64,000 bases of DNA from Oscillospiraceae bacterium (GTDB taxonomy: Bacteria; Bacillota; Clostridia; Oscillospirales; Acutalibacteraceae). Location: NCBI GenBank assembly GCA_015066365.1, contig SVON01000003.1, positions 61,416-125,415 of the forward strand, written 5' to 3'. Shown here piece by piece: positions 35,666-46,061 of the stretch. A program made the position numbers and the translations under genes. The number at the start of each line of letters is the position of its first letter. The first letter of the stretch is position 1. Below the pieces are notes generated by a model, which was given only the letters and a program-made list of their open reading frames with translations, searched no databases and had not been told where the DNA came from.

Positions 35666-36591
35666 TGGGTGCTAAAATGAAGAATCCCTTGCGGAGAAAC
35701 AAAAAAGTCAGCTTTGCACAGGACGCACTGCGTACGCCCTTTATTATGATGCTGCTTCCTTTCTTGCTTCTGTTTGTTCTGTTTACCTTGATTCCCATCG
35801 GTGCTTCCGTGGTACTGAGCTTCTTCGATTACGACGTGGTCAACACCCCCACCTTTACGGGTTTGGCCAACTATCTGAAGATGTTCGTCAACGACTACGA
35901 GTTCCCGATCGCTTTGGCCAACACGCTGAAGTTCGCTCTGGTCACCGGCCCTATCAGCTTCGCTCTGGCGTTCCTGCTGGCCTGGATGATCAACGAGTTT
36001 GGTCCCAAGACCCGCAGCGTGCTGTCCTTCCTGTTCTACTCTCCCGCTCTGGTGGGTAACGGCTATTTCATCTGGCAGATCATGTTCTCCGGTGATAGCT
36101 ACGGTTACGTCAACAGCTTGTTGATCTCTATGGATCTGATTACCGATCCCATCATTTGGTTCCGTGATCCCAACTATGCCTTCACCATCGTGATGATCGT
36201 GCAGTTGTGGATGAGTATGGGTATCTCCTTCCTGGCCAACATCGCCGGTCTGAATAACGTGGACGAAGCGATGTACGAGGCGGGTGCTATCGACGGTATC
36301 CGTAACCGTTGGGCAGAGCTGTGGTACATCACCATTCCGTCTATGAAGAGCATTCTGCTGTTCTCGGCGGTTATGCAGGTGCAGGCCACCTTCTCCATCA
36401 GCTCGGTGGCGACCACTCTGACCGGTTTCCCCTCTGTGAACCACTCGACCGAAACCATTCTGACCCATATTACCGACGTGGGTACCATCCGATTTGATAT
36501 GGGTTATGCCTCGGCGTTGTCCGTGTTCCTATTTGCCATTATGATGATTGTGCGACTAGGCCTTGGACGATTGCTTGTAACTAAGGATTAA
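35665..36591 (+). CDS. carbohydrate ABC transporter permease (MalF/LplB-like)
   Basis: Six-TM profile and EAA loop (DEAMYEAGAIDGIRNRWAELWYITIP). The ATG overlaps the upstream TAA. Confidence 0.85.
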   Translation: MGAKMKNPLRRNKKVSFAQDALRTPFIMMLLPFLLLFVLFTLIPIGASVVLSFFDYDVVNTPTFTGLANYLKMFVNDYEFPIALANTLKFALVTGPISFALAFLLAWMINEFGPKTRSVLSFLFYSPALVGNGYFIWQIMFSGDSYGYVNSLLISMDLITDPIIWFRDPNYAFTIVMIVQLWMSMGISFLANIAGLNNVDEAMYEAGAIDGIRNRWAELWYITIPSMKSILLFSAVMQVQATFSISSVATTLTGFPSVNHSTETILTHITDVGTIRFDMGYASALSVFLFAIMMIVRLGLGRLLVTKD

Positions 36592-36605
36592 AGGGGGGAA
36601 GCGTT

Positions 36606-37505
36606 GTGAAGTTATTTAATTCCGGCAAGCTTAAGCTGACGGCCCACAAGAAAAAGAACTACAAGCGCTTCACCCGTTCCAGAGCAGCCAACGTGGTATT
36701 CGTATCCTTTCTGCTGTTGGCCGGCTTGTTTATGGTTCTGCCGCTGATTTATTCGGTGATGACCTCCTTCAAGCCTCTGGATGAGTTGTTGGCGTTCCCG
36801 CCCAAGTTTTACGTGACCCGTCCCACGATGCAGAACTACGCGGTTCTGCCCAGTCTGCTGGACAACCTGCAGGTGCCGTTCTCCCGTTACCTGTTCAACA
36901 GCTTGTTCATCAGTGTGGCCATTACGGTGGGCCACATCATCGTGGCCGGTATGGCGGCTTTTACGCTCTCCAACTGTAAGCACAAGTTCATCTCCGCCGT
37001 GTTCTGGGGCGTTCAGATCGCTCTGTTGTTCAACGGCTACACTCTGGGTATTCCCCAGTATTTGATCTTCTCCAAGATTGGCATTATCGACACCTATTGG
37101 GTCTACATACTGCCGGCGTTGCAGTCCACCACCGGTGTATTCTTGATGAAGCAGTATATGGACGTCAGTGTGCCGAAGGCCCTGATGGAGGCGGCGCTGT
37201 TGGATGGCGCCGGCTACTACCGTATTTTCTGGAGATTGGTGATGCCTCTGGTAAAACCGGCTTGGCTGACCCTGGCTCTGTTCTCCTTCCGTGACGCATG
37301 GGCGCTGCAGCCCGGCGGCACCATCTTCGACGAAAGTCTGAAGACTCTGCCTGTGGCGATGAACCAGATTGCTGCCAGCGGTATTGCCCGTTCCGGTAGC
37401 GTGATGGCGGCCACGGTGCTGCTGATGATTCCTCCGATTCTTGTGTATTTGGTTTCTCAGTCCAACGTTATGGAAACCATGAGTTCGGCAGGTATGAAGG
37501 ATTAA
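36606..37505 (+). CDS. carbohydrate ABC transporter permease (MalG/LplC-like)
   Basis: EAA loop (LMEAALLDGAGYYRIFWRLVMP). GTG start follows a G-rich RBS. Confidence 0.85.
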   Translation: MKLFNSGKLKLTAHKKKNYKRFTRSRAANVVFVSFLLLAGLFMVLPLIYSVMTSFKPLDELLAFPPKFYVTRPTMQNYAVLPSLLDNLQVPFSRYLFNSLFISVAITVGHIIVAGMAAFTLSNCKHKFISAVFWGVQIALLFNGYTLGIPQYLIFSKIGIIDTYWVYILPALQSTTGVFLMKQYMDVSVPKALMEAALLDGAGYYRIFWRLVMPLVKPAWLTLALFSFRDAWALQPGGTIFDESLKTLPVAMNQIAASGIARSGSVMAATVLLMIPPILVYLVSQSNVMETMSSAGMKD

Positions 37506-37507
37506 GT

Positions 37508-40500
37508 ATGAGTAGTATGAAGAAAAGAAAGGGGGACCACAGGATGATACGCATGAAAGCGCGGCGTGTTCTGGCGTTTATGCTGGTGCTGATGATGCTT
37601 CTCAGCGGCACCACCGCATTTGCGGCAGACGTTGAAGACGTCCCGTATTATTCCTACTGCTATTGGGAAGGCCCCAGCCGCTTTGAGGCTGTTCCCATGC
37701 GCGCGATGTTTGAAGCAACTAAGTACATCAACGGCGATACCCTAGGTACCAAAGCCCTTGAGAGTGCTGAATACGTTACCCTGTCTCCGGATAAGACGGA
37801 ATTGTACGTTCTGGATAGCGGTAACAGCCGTATCCTGGTGATCGATACCAACACCTTCACCCTGAAGAAGGAGATCGCCACCATTCCGTTTAGTCAGACG
37901 GATTACGTGATTGCCAAGCAGACCCAGAAGGTGAAACCCAACACCGACTACGTGCTGTTCTGGTGGACCAAGCTGATGGAGGGCGAGGGTAACCTGGAGC
38001 TGTCCATCCGCAACACTGCCACCAACGCCGCCATCGCCTATCAGGGCGAGGCTTTCTCCAAGGAGTTGGAGGCGTGGGGCAAGAACGTTATGACCTTTAA
38101 CACCGGCGACGCCTCTGAGATCGCGGTCGAGATCGGCCAGTCCTCGGATGACCGCTGTGTGTATCAGCTGGATGAGGCCTTTTTGGTGGAGAAGGCGGTG
38201 CTGGAGGCTACCGCTACCTCCTTCAATCTGGAGGGCCCCATTAAGTTGGAGTTCTACGAAGAAGGCGGCACCTACCGTCTGGTCACCTCCACCAAGGTGG
38301 GGGACAAGACCCTCGAGACCAAGTATAACCTGATCGTCGACGGTTATTATCAGGAAACTTGGGCTTATGCCGAAGAGGCTATGGCGGCGGTGTTTGCTAA
38401 CGAGGCGAATCTGTACGATCATCTGAGCACTTCCGATTTTGAGATCACGCTGGAGCCCAGTGATCGGGGCGACGGTAGCTTTGACGTGTCGATGAGCATT
38501 CCCGACACCGACAACGTCGAGGATCTGAAAGCACAGATGGCCGCCTTTAAGGTGGAGCTGCAGAAGATTACGCTGAAGGAGACTCTGGACAGCCTGGAGG
38601 CGGTGTTTGCCACCGACTTTAACAGCGACATGGGCTCCTGGACCGGCGACTGCGGTTCCTCCCGCGACGTGGTGCAGGATCTGGACGAGGCTTCCGATGC
38701 CGGTTCGATGAAGATCGAGAGCACCCTGAGCTATAAGGGCGCTTTGGGTATGTACGTCAGCGCCAAGGGCGAGATTTATCTGGCCGATACCGAGAACTTC
38801 CGTATTCTCATTATGGATTCCAACGGTTATCTGAACCGCTTGATCCTGAAGCCGGAGGACCCGGAGAACAAGAAGGGCATCCCCAAGGATCTGGAGTTCA
38901 AGCCCAAGCGGATCGTGATGGACAACAAGGGCTATCTCTTTGTGGTCAGCAGCGGCTGCTACTACGGTATGCTGGTGTACGATGAGACCGAGGATTTCAA
39001 AGGCTTCCACGGCTCTTACAAGGTTGAGGCGACGGTTCTGGATACCATCGAGGGTTGGATCACCGGTCTGTTTATGACCAATGAGAAGAACGCTCAGTCC
39101 CAGAAGAAGCTGCCTCAGGAAATCCTGGACATCTCCATTGATGCCGACGGTATGCTGTATACCTTGTCCGGCGGTGGTGCCGGTCAGGTGAAGCGTCTGG
39201 GCCTGAACGGTAACCAGACCCTGAACCATAAGTTCGGCTTCCAGACCCAGAGCGGTGACCTGGTCAACTTCTCTGAGAACCCGGCCATGTACTGGCATAA
39301 GCACGATCAGTATATCCTGAGTATGGCGGCTATCACCGTTGACTCTCAGGGCTTCTCCTACGTTCTGGATAAGAACCGCGGCCGTATCTTCATGTACGAC
39401 GAAGAGTGCCGCGCCGTGTGTTCCTTCTCTACCGGCTTTGGTGCCGGTGATCAGGTGGGTACCTTTGTTACCCCCCAGTCCATCGTGTGCAGCGACAACC
39501 GTCTGTTTGTGGTGGACTTCGTGACCGGTGGTATCACCGTGTTTGAGCTGACCGAGTACGGTCGTCTGTTCAAGCAGGCTGACGTGCTGACCATCGACGG
39601 TGAGTACGAGAAGGCGCTGCCCATCTGGCAGAAGGTGCTGAAGATGGACGCCAACAACCAGCGCGCCTACGAGGGCGTCGCCAAGGCGATGCTGTCCCTG
39701 GGCAACAAGGCGAAAAACGCCGGCGATATGGTGAAGGCCAATGAGTATTACGAGGCTTGTATGAATTACGCCGAGATGGGTCACGATCAGCAGACCTATT
39801 CCGAGGCCTTCAGCGAGGTACAGACCGAGTGGTTGACCAACAACTTCTGGTGGATCTTCCTGCTGTGTCTGGCTTTGGTGGGCGGTATTGCGGCCCTGCT
39901 GGTGCTGTCCAAGAAGCGTAAGCTCATCAACATCAAGAACGATAAGCTGCGCGTGGCGCTGACCGTTCCCTTCCATCCCTTCCAGGCCTTCCAGGCGATG
40001 AAGTATCAGAAGTTTACTTCGGCTAAGCTGAGCATTGCATTCCTGGTAATCTTCTACCTGTGCAGTGTGTCGGAGGACCTGTACGGCGGCTTTATGTACG
40101 TGATTACCGACGTAGCCAACTACAACGCCATTTATACCTTGATCGGTACGGTGGGTATTCTGTTGCTGTGGGTGATCGTCAACTGGGGCATCTGTATTCT
40201 GAACGACGGTAAAGGCTCTCTGAAAGAGGTCTTTACGATGTCTGCGTACAGTATGACTCCCTTGATCGTCTACTCGGTGATCTTTACGGTGGGCTCCCAC
40301 GTGATTGCTGCTTCCGAGACCTCTACTTTCGGAATCATCAGCACGATTATGTTTATATACACGGCACTGCTGCTGCTCATTGGTATGACGGTGGTGCACG
40401 AGTATACCTTCTTCAAGTCGATGAAGATGGCCATTTTGACAATTCTCGGTATGTTGTTGGCGGCGTTCGTGATCTTCTCGGTCATTCTGTTGACCCAGCA

Positions 40501-40549
40501 GTTCGTCGTATTCTTTGTCAACATCATCGATGAGATCGCACTACGATAA
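37508..40549 (+). CDS. large membrane protein: signal/anchor, NHL-type beta-propeller with inserted CBM-like module, TPR segment and a C-terminal Yip1-like multi-TM domain
   Basis: NHL-like blades (LDSGNSRILVIDTN, LADTENFRILIMDSNG, LDKNRGRIFMYDEE, RLFVVDFVTGGITVFE). KPNTDYVLFWW module. TPR-like DGEYEKALPIWQKVLKMDANNQRAYEG. About six TM segments in the last ~230 aa. Confidence 0.65.
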   Translation: MSSMKKRKGDHRMIRMKARRVLAFMLVLMMLLSGTTAFAADVEDVPYYSYCYWEGPSRFEAVPMRAMFEATKYINGDTLGTKALESAEYVTLSPDKTELYVLDSGNSRILVIDTNTFTLKKEIATIPFSQTDYVIAKQTQKVKPNTDYVLFWWTKLMEGEGNLELSIRNTATNAAIAYQGEAFSKELEAWGKNVMTFNTGDASEIAVEIGQSSDDRCVYQLDEAFLVEKAVLEATATSFNLEGPIKLEFYEEGGTYRLVTSTKVGDKTLETKYNLIVDGYYQETWAYAEEAMAAVFANEANLYDHLSTSDFEITLEPSDRGDGSFDVSMSIPDTDNVEDLKAQMAAFKVELQKITLKETLDSLEAVFATDFNSDMGSWTGDCGSSRDVVQDLDEASDAGSMKIESTLSYKGALGMYVSAKGEIYLADTENFRILIMDSNGYLNRLILKPEDPENKKGIPKDLEFKPKRIVMDNKGYLFVVSSGCYYGMLVYDETEDFKGFHGSYKVEATVLDTIEGWITGLFMTNEKNAQSQKKLPQEILDISIDADGMLYTLSGGGAGQVKRLGLNGNQTLNHKFGFQTQSGDLVNFSENPAMYWHKHDQYILSMAAITVDSQGFSYVLDKNRGRIFMYDEECRAVCSFSTGFGAGDQVGTFVTPQSIVCSDNRLFVVDFVTGGITVFELTEYGRLFKQADVLTIDGEYEKALPIWQKVLKMDANNQRAYEGVAKAMLSLGNKAKNAGDMVKANEYYEACMNYAEMGHDQQTYSEAFSEVQTEWLTNNFWWIFLLCLALVGGIAALLVLSKKRKLINIKNDKLRVALTVPFHPFQAFQAMKYQKFTSAKLSIAFLVIFYLCSVSEDLYGGFMYVITDVANYNAIYTLIGTVGILLLWVIVNWGICILNDGKGSLKEVFTMSAYSMTPLIVYSVIFTVGSHVIAASETSTFGIISTIMFIYTALLLLIGMTVVHEYTFFKSMKMAILTILGMLLAAFVIFSVILLTQQFVVFFVNIIDEIALR

Positions 40550-40579
40550 GCCGATCGGCAAAGAAAGGAAGAGCTAGTT

Positions 40580-42979
40580 ATGATGAAAAGAACAGTTTGT
40601 CTGTGCCTGGTTATGTTGCTCTTGTTGCCGATGGTGCTGACCGGATGCGGTACCGAACTGGAGAAAACGACCAAAGGCTTTAACGAAAAGTTCGGCGATA
40701 AGCGAGTTGCCATCCACACGGTGGATAACGAGCGCTTTCAGCTGATCTATCAGGATTACGGCCTGCAGCATGTGATCATGCTGTACGATAAGCAGGCGGG
40801 CAAGGTGTATAGTTCCGTCCCGTATGACTACTATCTGGGTCAGAACCCGCTGAGCGCGGACAACGCCTATGCCGATAGCATCCTGTCTAACCCCCTCAGC
40901 ATTAGTTACATCAAGACCAACGAAGAGACCAATATGAGCAACATCGACTATGCCGATGCTTCTACCGACTGTATTGAAAAGCAGCAGTCCATTCAGAAGC
41001 CTCTGCTGGACGAGAACGGTAAGCAGCAGGTGGATGCCGACGGCAATCCGCTGTATGAGACCGAGTGGTTGTTCATCGACAGCCCTGCCGGTGACGGCAC
41101 CCAGTGGGAGAAGAACGGCATCACCAGCGAGATCATTGACAACGGTGTGCGTGTGACCTACTCCTTCCCGGAGCTGCGCATCGCGGTGGCGGTGGAGTAC
41201 GTCCTGGAGAGCAACGGCCTGGTGGTGCGCATCCCCATGGATCGCATCGAAGAGGATGACAACCTGCTGTTTGAGGTTTCGGTGCTGCCCTACTTTGCGT
41301 CTGCTGCTCACGAGCAGGAGACCAAGGGTGACTCTTATCTGATGCTTCCCTCTGGTGGCGGTGCTCTGGTGTACGGCCAGAAGCTGAACAAAAAGGCAAC
41401 CTACTCCGAGGCTGTGTACGGTACGGATGCCAGCGAGCCGGTCTCGATGATCAAGCGCATTGATCGTCAGGTGCATATGCCGGTGTTCGGTGCCAAGATG
41501 GGTAAGACCACGGTTGCTGAGAACACCGATGCCAGCGTGCTGGGCATTCTGGAGAACGGCGCCAGCTGTGGCCGCATTAACGCCACCATCGGCGATGCCG
41601 ACGTGGGTTATTCCTGCGCCTACGCCTCCTTCCGTGTCCGCGGTCAGGATGAGGTGCTGTACAACAGCATGGGCAACCAGGAGCTGGCTGCCCCTAGCTT
41701 CAGCAAATCCATTGTGGATTACAAAGAACTGTCTGTGCGCTACATCCCGGTGGATGGCGATGCCTCCTATATGGGTATGGCCAACACCTATCGCAGCTAT
41801 CTGCAGAGTAAGGGCTATCTGAAGTCCCGTCCCACCAGCACTCCGGCTCTGTCGGTCAGCCTGCTGGGCGGCACCCAGACCCGTGAGTCCTTCTTCGGCA
41901 TCCCCTACGATACCACCACAACCACCACCACGGTGGAGCAGTCCCTGACCATTTCCAAGGAACTGAAGAAATTGGTGGGTAACGACCAGCTGCTGGTGAC
42001 CCTGATGGGTTACGGCGAGGGCGGCTTGGCCAACACCGTAGTTGGTGGTGGCTATGAGCTGGAGGGCGACGACGACGCCTGGGCGGCTCTGCGCGATTAC
42101 GCGAAGAAGAACAACATCGTTCTGTCTCTGGATTATGAGACCATCAAGTTCAATGAGAGCGGTTCCGGCTTCTCGGTCGGGGACGACGCGGCCTATACCA
42201 TCTCCCAGCTGGAGGCGAAGATGCGCACCTACGTGCTGAACACCGCTGTGGAGAATGAGGCTAAGTACTGGTATTTGCTGACCCGTAGCCAGCAGGCTGA
42301 GGCGGTGCGCAAGGCAATCGAGAACGCTAAGGAGAACGGCTTCAATTCCGTTTCCTTCGCCACCTTGAGCAGTGTGGCCTATTCCGACTATCACGACGGT
42401 CACTATACCGCCAAGGCGCATATGGCCGAGGACGTGGCCGCCCTGCTGAAAGAGGTCAAGAAGAACGGCCTCGGCATTGTGTCCACTAAGGCCAATGAGT
42501 ACGCCGCTCTGAATGCGGATTACATCATCGAGACGCCCTTGCAGTCCTCTAAGCTGAGCCTGTTCGATGAGGAGATTCCCTTCTACTCCATCGTGTTCCA
42601 GGGCTACAAGGCGCTGACCTCGACCTCCATCAATACCTCTGTCAACGTGAAGAACGCGTATCTGAACGCGGTGGCCACCGGTGCTGCACTGCAGTTTACT
42701 CTGTGCGACACCCCCCACGATTCTCTGCGGTTTGAAGAGGATACCGCCTACATCACCAGTCGCTACGCCAACTGGAAGAAAGATATTGCCGCGATGGTCA
42801 AGGAGTACGACGCTGTCCACGACAGGGTGGGCAACAAGGCCATTGTGGAATACACCAAGAAGGACGGCGTGTCCAAGACGGTGTTTGAGGACGGTACCAC
42901 CATCTACGTAAACTACAATAAAACCGCTACCGGTTGCCCCGCGGGTGAGATTCCTGCTCAGGGCTTCATCGTCGGTTAA
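40580..42979 (+). CDS. large uncharacterised lipoprotein (possibly DUF5696-type)
   Basis: Lipobox LTGCG. 799 aa with no catalytic motif I can name. The DUF assignment is a recollection of similar loci and is not verified. Confidence 0.55.
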   Translation: MMKRTVCLCLVMLLLLPMVLTGCGTELEKTTKGFNEKFGDKRVAIHTVDNERFQLIYQDYGLQHVIMLYDKQAGKVYSSVPYDYYLGQNPLSADNAYADSILSNPLSISYIKTNEETNMSNIDYADASTDCIEKQQSIQKPLLDENGKQQVDADGNPLYETEWLFIDSPAGDGTQWEKNGITSEIIDNGVRVTYSFPELRIAVAVEYVLESNGLVVRIPMDRIEEDDNLLFEVSVLPYFASAAHEQETKGDSYLMLPSGGGALVYGQKLNKKATYSEAVYGTDASEPVSMIKRIDRQVHMPVFGAKMGKTTVAENTDASVLGILENGASCGRINATIGDADVGYSCAYASFRVRGQDEVLYNSMGNQELAAPSFSKSIVDYKELSVRYIPVDGDASYMGMANTYRSYLQSKGYLKSRPTSTPALSVSLLGGTQTRESFFGIPYDTTTTTTTVEQSLTISKELKKLVGNDQLLVTLMGYGEGGLANTVVGGGYELEGDDDAWAALRDYAKKNNIVLSLDYETIKFNESGSGFSVGDDAAYTISQLEAKMRTYVLNTAVENEAKYWYLLTRSQQAEAVRKAIENAKENGFNSVSFATLSSVAYSDYHDGHYTAKAHMAEDVAALLKEVKKNGLGIVSTKANEYAALNADYIIETPLQSSKLSLFDEEIPFYSIVFQGYKALTSTSINTSVNVKNAYLNAVATGAALQFTLCDTPHDSLRFEEDTAYITSRYANWKKDIAAMVKEYDAVHDRVGNKAIVEYTKKDGVSKTVFEDGTTIYVNYNKTATGCPAGEIPAQGFIVG

Positions 42980-43000
42980 TGAAAGGAGGATGACGATACA

Positions 43001-43894
43001 ATGAAACGATCTTTGAAAGACTTTAGTCAAAAAAGAAGAATGTATGGCCGTATGTTCATCCTCCCTTGGGAGATTGGCTTTGTCATTTTCTTCCTGATCC
43101 CGTTGGCTCAGTCTCTGATGTTCGTGTTCTCCAACGTAACCATCGGTCAAAGCGACTTTAATACGGTTTGGACCGGTATGGACAACATCAACTACATCTT
43201 CAACCAGTCTCCCAAGTATGTGGAGAACTTGGTGGATTCGCTAACCTCCTTCACTTACTCCATCCCCCTGGTGGTGGCCCTGAGTTTGATCGTGGCGGTT
43301 ATGCTGAATCAGAAGTTTAAGGGCCGCGTGATCTTCCGTTCCATTTTCTTCCTGCCTGTGATCATTGCCACCGGTGTGGTAATGAACTACATCCAGGGCG
43401 ACGCCGCCGCAGAGGCTCTGCGTAGCGGCGGTGCGGAGGCTTCCTCCTCCGGTGTGAACGTGACCGAGATCCTGCAGGGTATGAACCTGTCCACCGAGAT
43501 CACGGACTTCTTAGTAGGCTTTGTTAACCAGATCTTCAACCTGTTCTGGGATTGCGGCGTGCAGATCGTTCTGTTCATTTCCGGTCTGCAGTCCATTCCT
43601 GAGCAGCTGTACGAGGTGTGCAAGGTTGAGGGTGCCAACGAGTGGGAAAAATTCTGGTACGTGACCTTCCCGATGCTGAGTGGTACCACGCTGCTGGTGG
43701 TGGTGTTCACCGCCATTGAGATCTTCACCGACTCCGCCAACCTGGTGATGAAGCAAGCCTACGCCGCCATGCAGCAGCAGATTTACGATCGCAGTGCGGC
43801 GATGCTGTGGGTCTACTTTGCTCTGGTCGGTTTGATCCTAGGTGTGGTCGTGCTCCTGTTGCAGAAGAAGATATTCGCCAAATGGGCGACCTGA
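43001..43894 (+). CDS. carbohydrate ABC transporter permease (MalF-like), second pair
   Basis: TM profile and EAA-type loop (IPEQLYEVCKVEGANEWEKFWYVTFP). RBS AAAGGAGG. Confidence 0.85.
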   Translation: MKRSLKDFSQKRRMYGRMFILPWEIGFVIFFLIPLAQSLMFVFSNVTIGQSDFNTVWTGMDNINYIFNQSPKYVENLVDSLTSFTYSIPLVVALSLIVAVMLNQKFKGRVIFRSIFFLPVIIATGVVMNYIQGDAAAEALRSGGAEASSSGVNVTEILQGMNLSTEITDFLVGFVNQIFNLFWDCGVQIVLFISGLQSIPEQLYEVCKVEGANEWEKFWYVTFPMLSGTTLLVVVFTAIEIFTDSANLVMKQAYAAMQQQIYDRSAAMLWVYFALVGLILGVVVLLLQKKIFAKWAT

Positions 43895-43918
43895 TGCCGA
43901 TATGTGAGGTGATGAAAA

Positions 43919-44878
43919 GTGTTTAATTTTAAGAAAATCAAGAACGACCCGCAGTCGGCTCTGTTGATGAAAAAACGCTTAACTCATGGTATCGTGTCGT
44001 TTGTGCGTTATTTCTTCCTGCTGGCATTGAGCTACGTGGTTCTGTTCCAGCTGATCTTTATGATCAGCTACTCCATCCGTCCCCCTGTGGACGCCTACAA
44101 CCCCAGCGTTGTGTGGATTCCCTCCGAGTTCACCCTGGAGAATTTTACGGTGGCATATGACTCGTTGGATTATCTGAACTCCGGTCTGGTTTCTGTGTAC
44201 ATTATGATGATCGCCGCGTTGATCGAGGTGTTTACCTGTGCGGTGATCGCTTACGGCTTCGCCCGCTTCGACTTCAAGGAGAAAGGACTCGTTTTCTTCC
44301 TGGTGCTGGTCACCATTATGGTGCCGGTGCAGATGCTGGTGGTGCCTATGTACCTGAACTTCTCGCACTTTGACATCTTGGGCATCGGTAACCTGATCCG
44401 TGAGTGGACCGGCACCGACATCCGTCCCAATATGCTGAACACCGCCTGGACCTTCTATCTGCCGTCCCTGTTTGGTGTTGGCGTGCGTTCCGGTCTGTTC
44501 ATCTTCATCTACCGTAAGTTCTTTGAGGGTCTGCCCCGCGAGTTGGAAGAGGCTGCTTACGTGGATGGTGCCGGCCCCCTGCGCACCTTCCTGTCGGTCA
44601 TCCTGCCTTCTTCCGGTGTGGTGTTCCTGACGGTGACCATCTTCTCCAGCATTTGGCACTGGAACGAAAACTATCTGTCCGGCTTGTTCCTGCAGGAGAA
44701 GCCCAGCCTGGCTGTGATGATGGATCTGCTGGATACCTCGCTGGAGCAGAACGGCGGCGACAACCGTATGACCCGTATGGCGGCTTGCTTGCTGTTCATT
44801 CTGCCGATGCTCATTATGTATATGATTCTGCAGCGTAAGTTCGTGCAGAGTATCGACCGTGTGGGTATCGTTGGTTAA
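43919..44878 (+). CDS. carbohydrate ABC transporter permease (MalG-like), second pair
   Basis: EAA loop (LPRELEEAAYVDGAGPLRTFLSVILP). GTG start follows GAGGTG. Confidence 0.85.
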   Translation: MFNFKKIKNDPQSALLMKKRLTHGIVSFVRYFFLLALSYVVLFQLIFMISYSIRPPVDAYNPSVVWIPSEFTLENFTVAYDSLDYLNSGLVSVYIMMIAALIEVFTCAVIAYGFARFDFKEKGLVFFLVLVTIMVPVQMLVVPMYLNFSHFDILGIGNLIREWTGTDIRPNMLNTAWTFYLPSLFGVGVRSGLFIFIYRKFFEGLPRELEEAAYVDGAGPLRTFLSVILPSSGVVFLTVTIFSSIWHWNENYLSGLFLQEKPSLAVMMDLLDTSLEQNGGDNRMTRMAACLLFILPMLIMYMILQRKFVQSIDRVGIVG

Positions 44879-44917
44879 TGCCCACCACACAACTGTAACT
44901 GAAAAGGAGTTTTTACT

Positions 44918-45904
44918 ATGGCTAAGATTGTAAACGGTGTTTCTCTGCCCAACATCCCCTGGCAGGATCGTCCCGCCGGCTGCGACAACGTGGTGTGGCG
45001 TTATTCCGAGAACCCCATCATTAAGCGCAACCCCGCTAAGAATTGTCAGCGCGTGTTTAACAGCGCCGTCGTGCCGTGGGGCGACGAGTTTATCGGTGTG
45101 TTCCGCGCCGATACTACCATCACCACCCCCAACCTGCACGTGGGTCATTCCAAGGATGGTATCAACTGGGAGATCGAGCCCGAGGCCATCGACTGGCGTG
45201 ATGAGAACGGCGAGCCCTTCGTTTCTACCTACTATTACGATCCCCGCGTCACCTGGATCGAGGATGCTTACTATGTGATGTGGTGCACCGAGCAGGGCGG
45301 CCCCGTTCTGGGTCTGGGCAAGACCAACGATTTCAAGAACTTCACCCGTCTGCCCAACGTCACCCTGCCCTTCAACCGTAACGGCGTGCCCTTCCCCCGC
45401 AAGGTGAACGGCAAGTACCTGATGTTTAACCGTCCCTCCGACGACGGCCACACCCCCTTCGGTGACATTTGGCTGTCTGAGTCTCCCGACCTGGTTTACT
45501 GGGGCAACCACAAGCACGTGATGGCCCGTGGCACCAACGTGTGGTGGGAGTCCACCAAGATCGGTGCCGGTAATGTGCCGATCGAGACCGATGAGGGCTG
45601 GCTGGTGTTCTACCATGGTGTTATCAATACCTGTAATGGTTTTGTGTACTCCTTTGGTGCGATGCTGTGCGACCTGGACGATCCCTCCAAGGTGATCTAT
45701 CGCGGCCGCGAGTACCTGATCACCCCCGAAGAGGATTATGAGACCGTGGGCTTTGTTCCCAACGTTTGCTTCCCCTGCGCTTGCCTGGCGGATGCCGACA
45801 CCGGTCGTATCGCCATCTACTACGGTGCGGCTGACACCTATGTGGCCCTGGCCTTCACCACCGTGGACGAGGTTCTGGACTACCTGAAGAACAACCATCA
45901 GTAA
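44918..45904 (+). CDS. GH130 family beta-mannoside phosphorylase/hydrolase-like protein
   Basis: 328 aa. NPIIKRNP...VFNSAVVPWGDEFIGVFRAD...DPRVTWIED.YYVMW...NGVPFPRKVNGKYLMFNRP...GAG..PIETDEGWLVFYHGV is typical of five-bladed-propeller GH130. Confidence 0.8.
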   Translation: MAKIVNGVSLPNIPWQDRPAGCDNVVWRYSENPIIKRNPAKNCQRVFNSAVVPWGDEFIGVFRADTTITTPNLHVGHSKDGINWEIEPEAIDWRDENGEPFVSTYYYDPRVTWIEDAYYVMWCTEQGGPVLGLGKTNDFKNFTRLPNVTLPFNRNGVPFPRKVNGKYLMFNRPSDDGHTPFGDIWLSESPDLVYWGNHKHVMARGTNVWWESTKIGAGNVPIETDEGWLVFYHGVINTCNGFVYSFGAMLCDLDDPSKVIYRGREYLITPEEDYETVGFVPNVCFPCACLADADTGRIAIYYGAADTYVALAFTTVDEVLDYLKNNHQ

Positions 45905-45910
45905 TGCATA

Positions 45911-45945
45911 AAAAACGCCCCTGCGTAGGCAGGGGCGTTTTTTTT
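45911..45945 (+). terminator. rho-independent terminator ending the 16-kb block
   Basis: aacgcccctgc / gcaggggcgtt stem plus a T-run. Confidence 0.85.
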
Positions 45946-46061
45946 GCGCTCATTTACCGATTATCGTAGGATTTTATTATGAGTGGGGGAGATTTTGCAA
46001 TTCTTCCTGTGCTATACTGTACTTAAGATAAGGTAATACACTGAAAAGGAGGAATTCTGGG

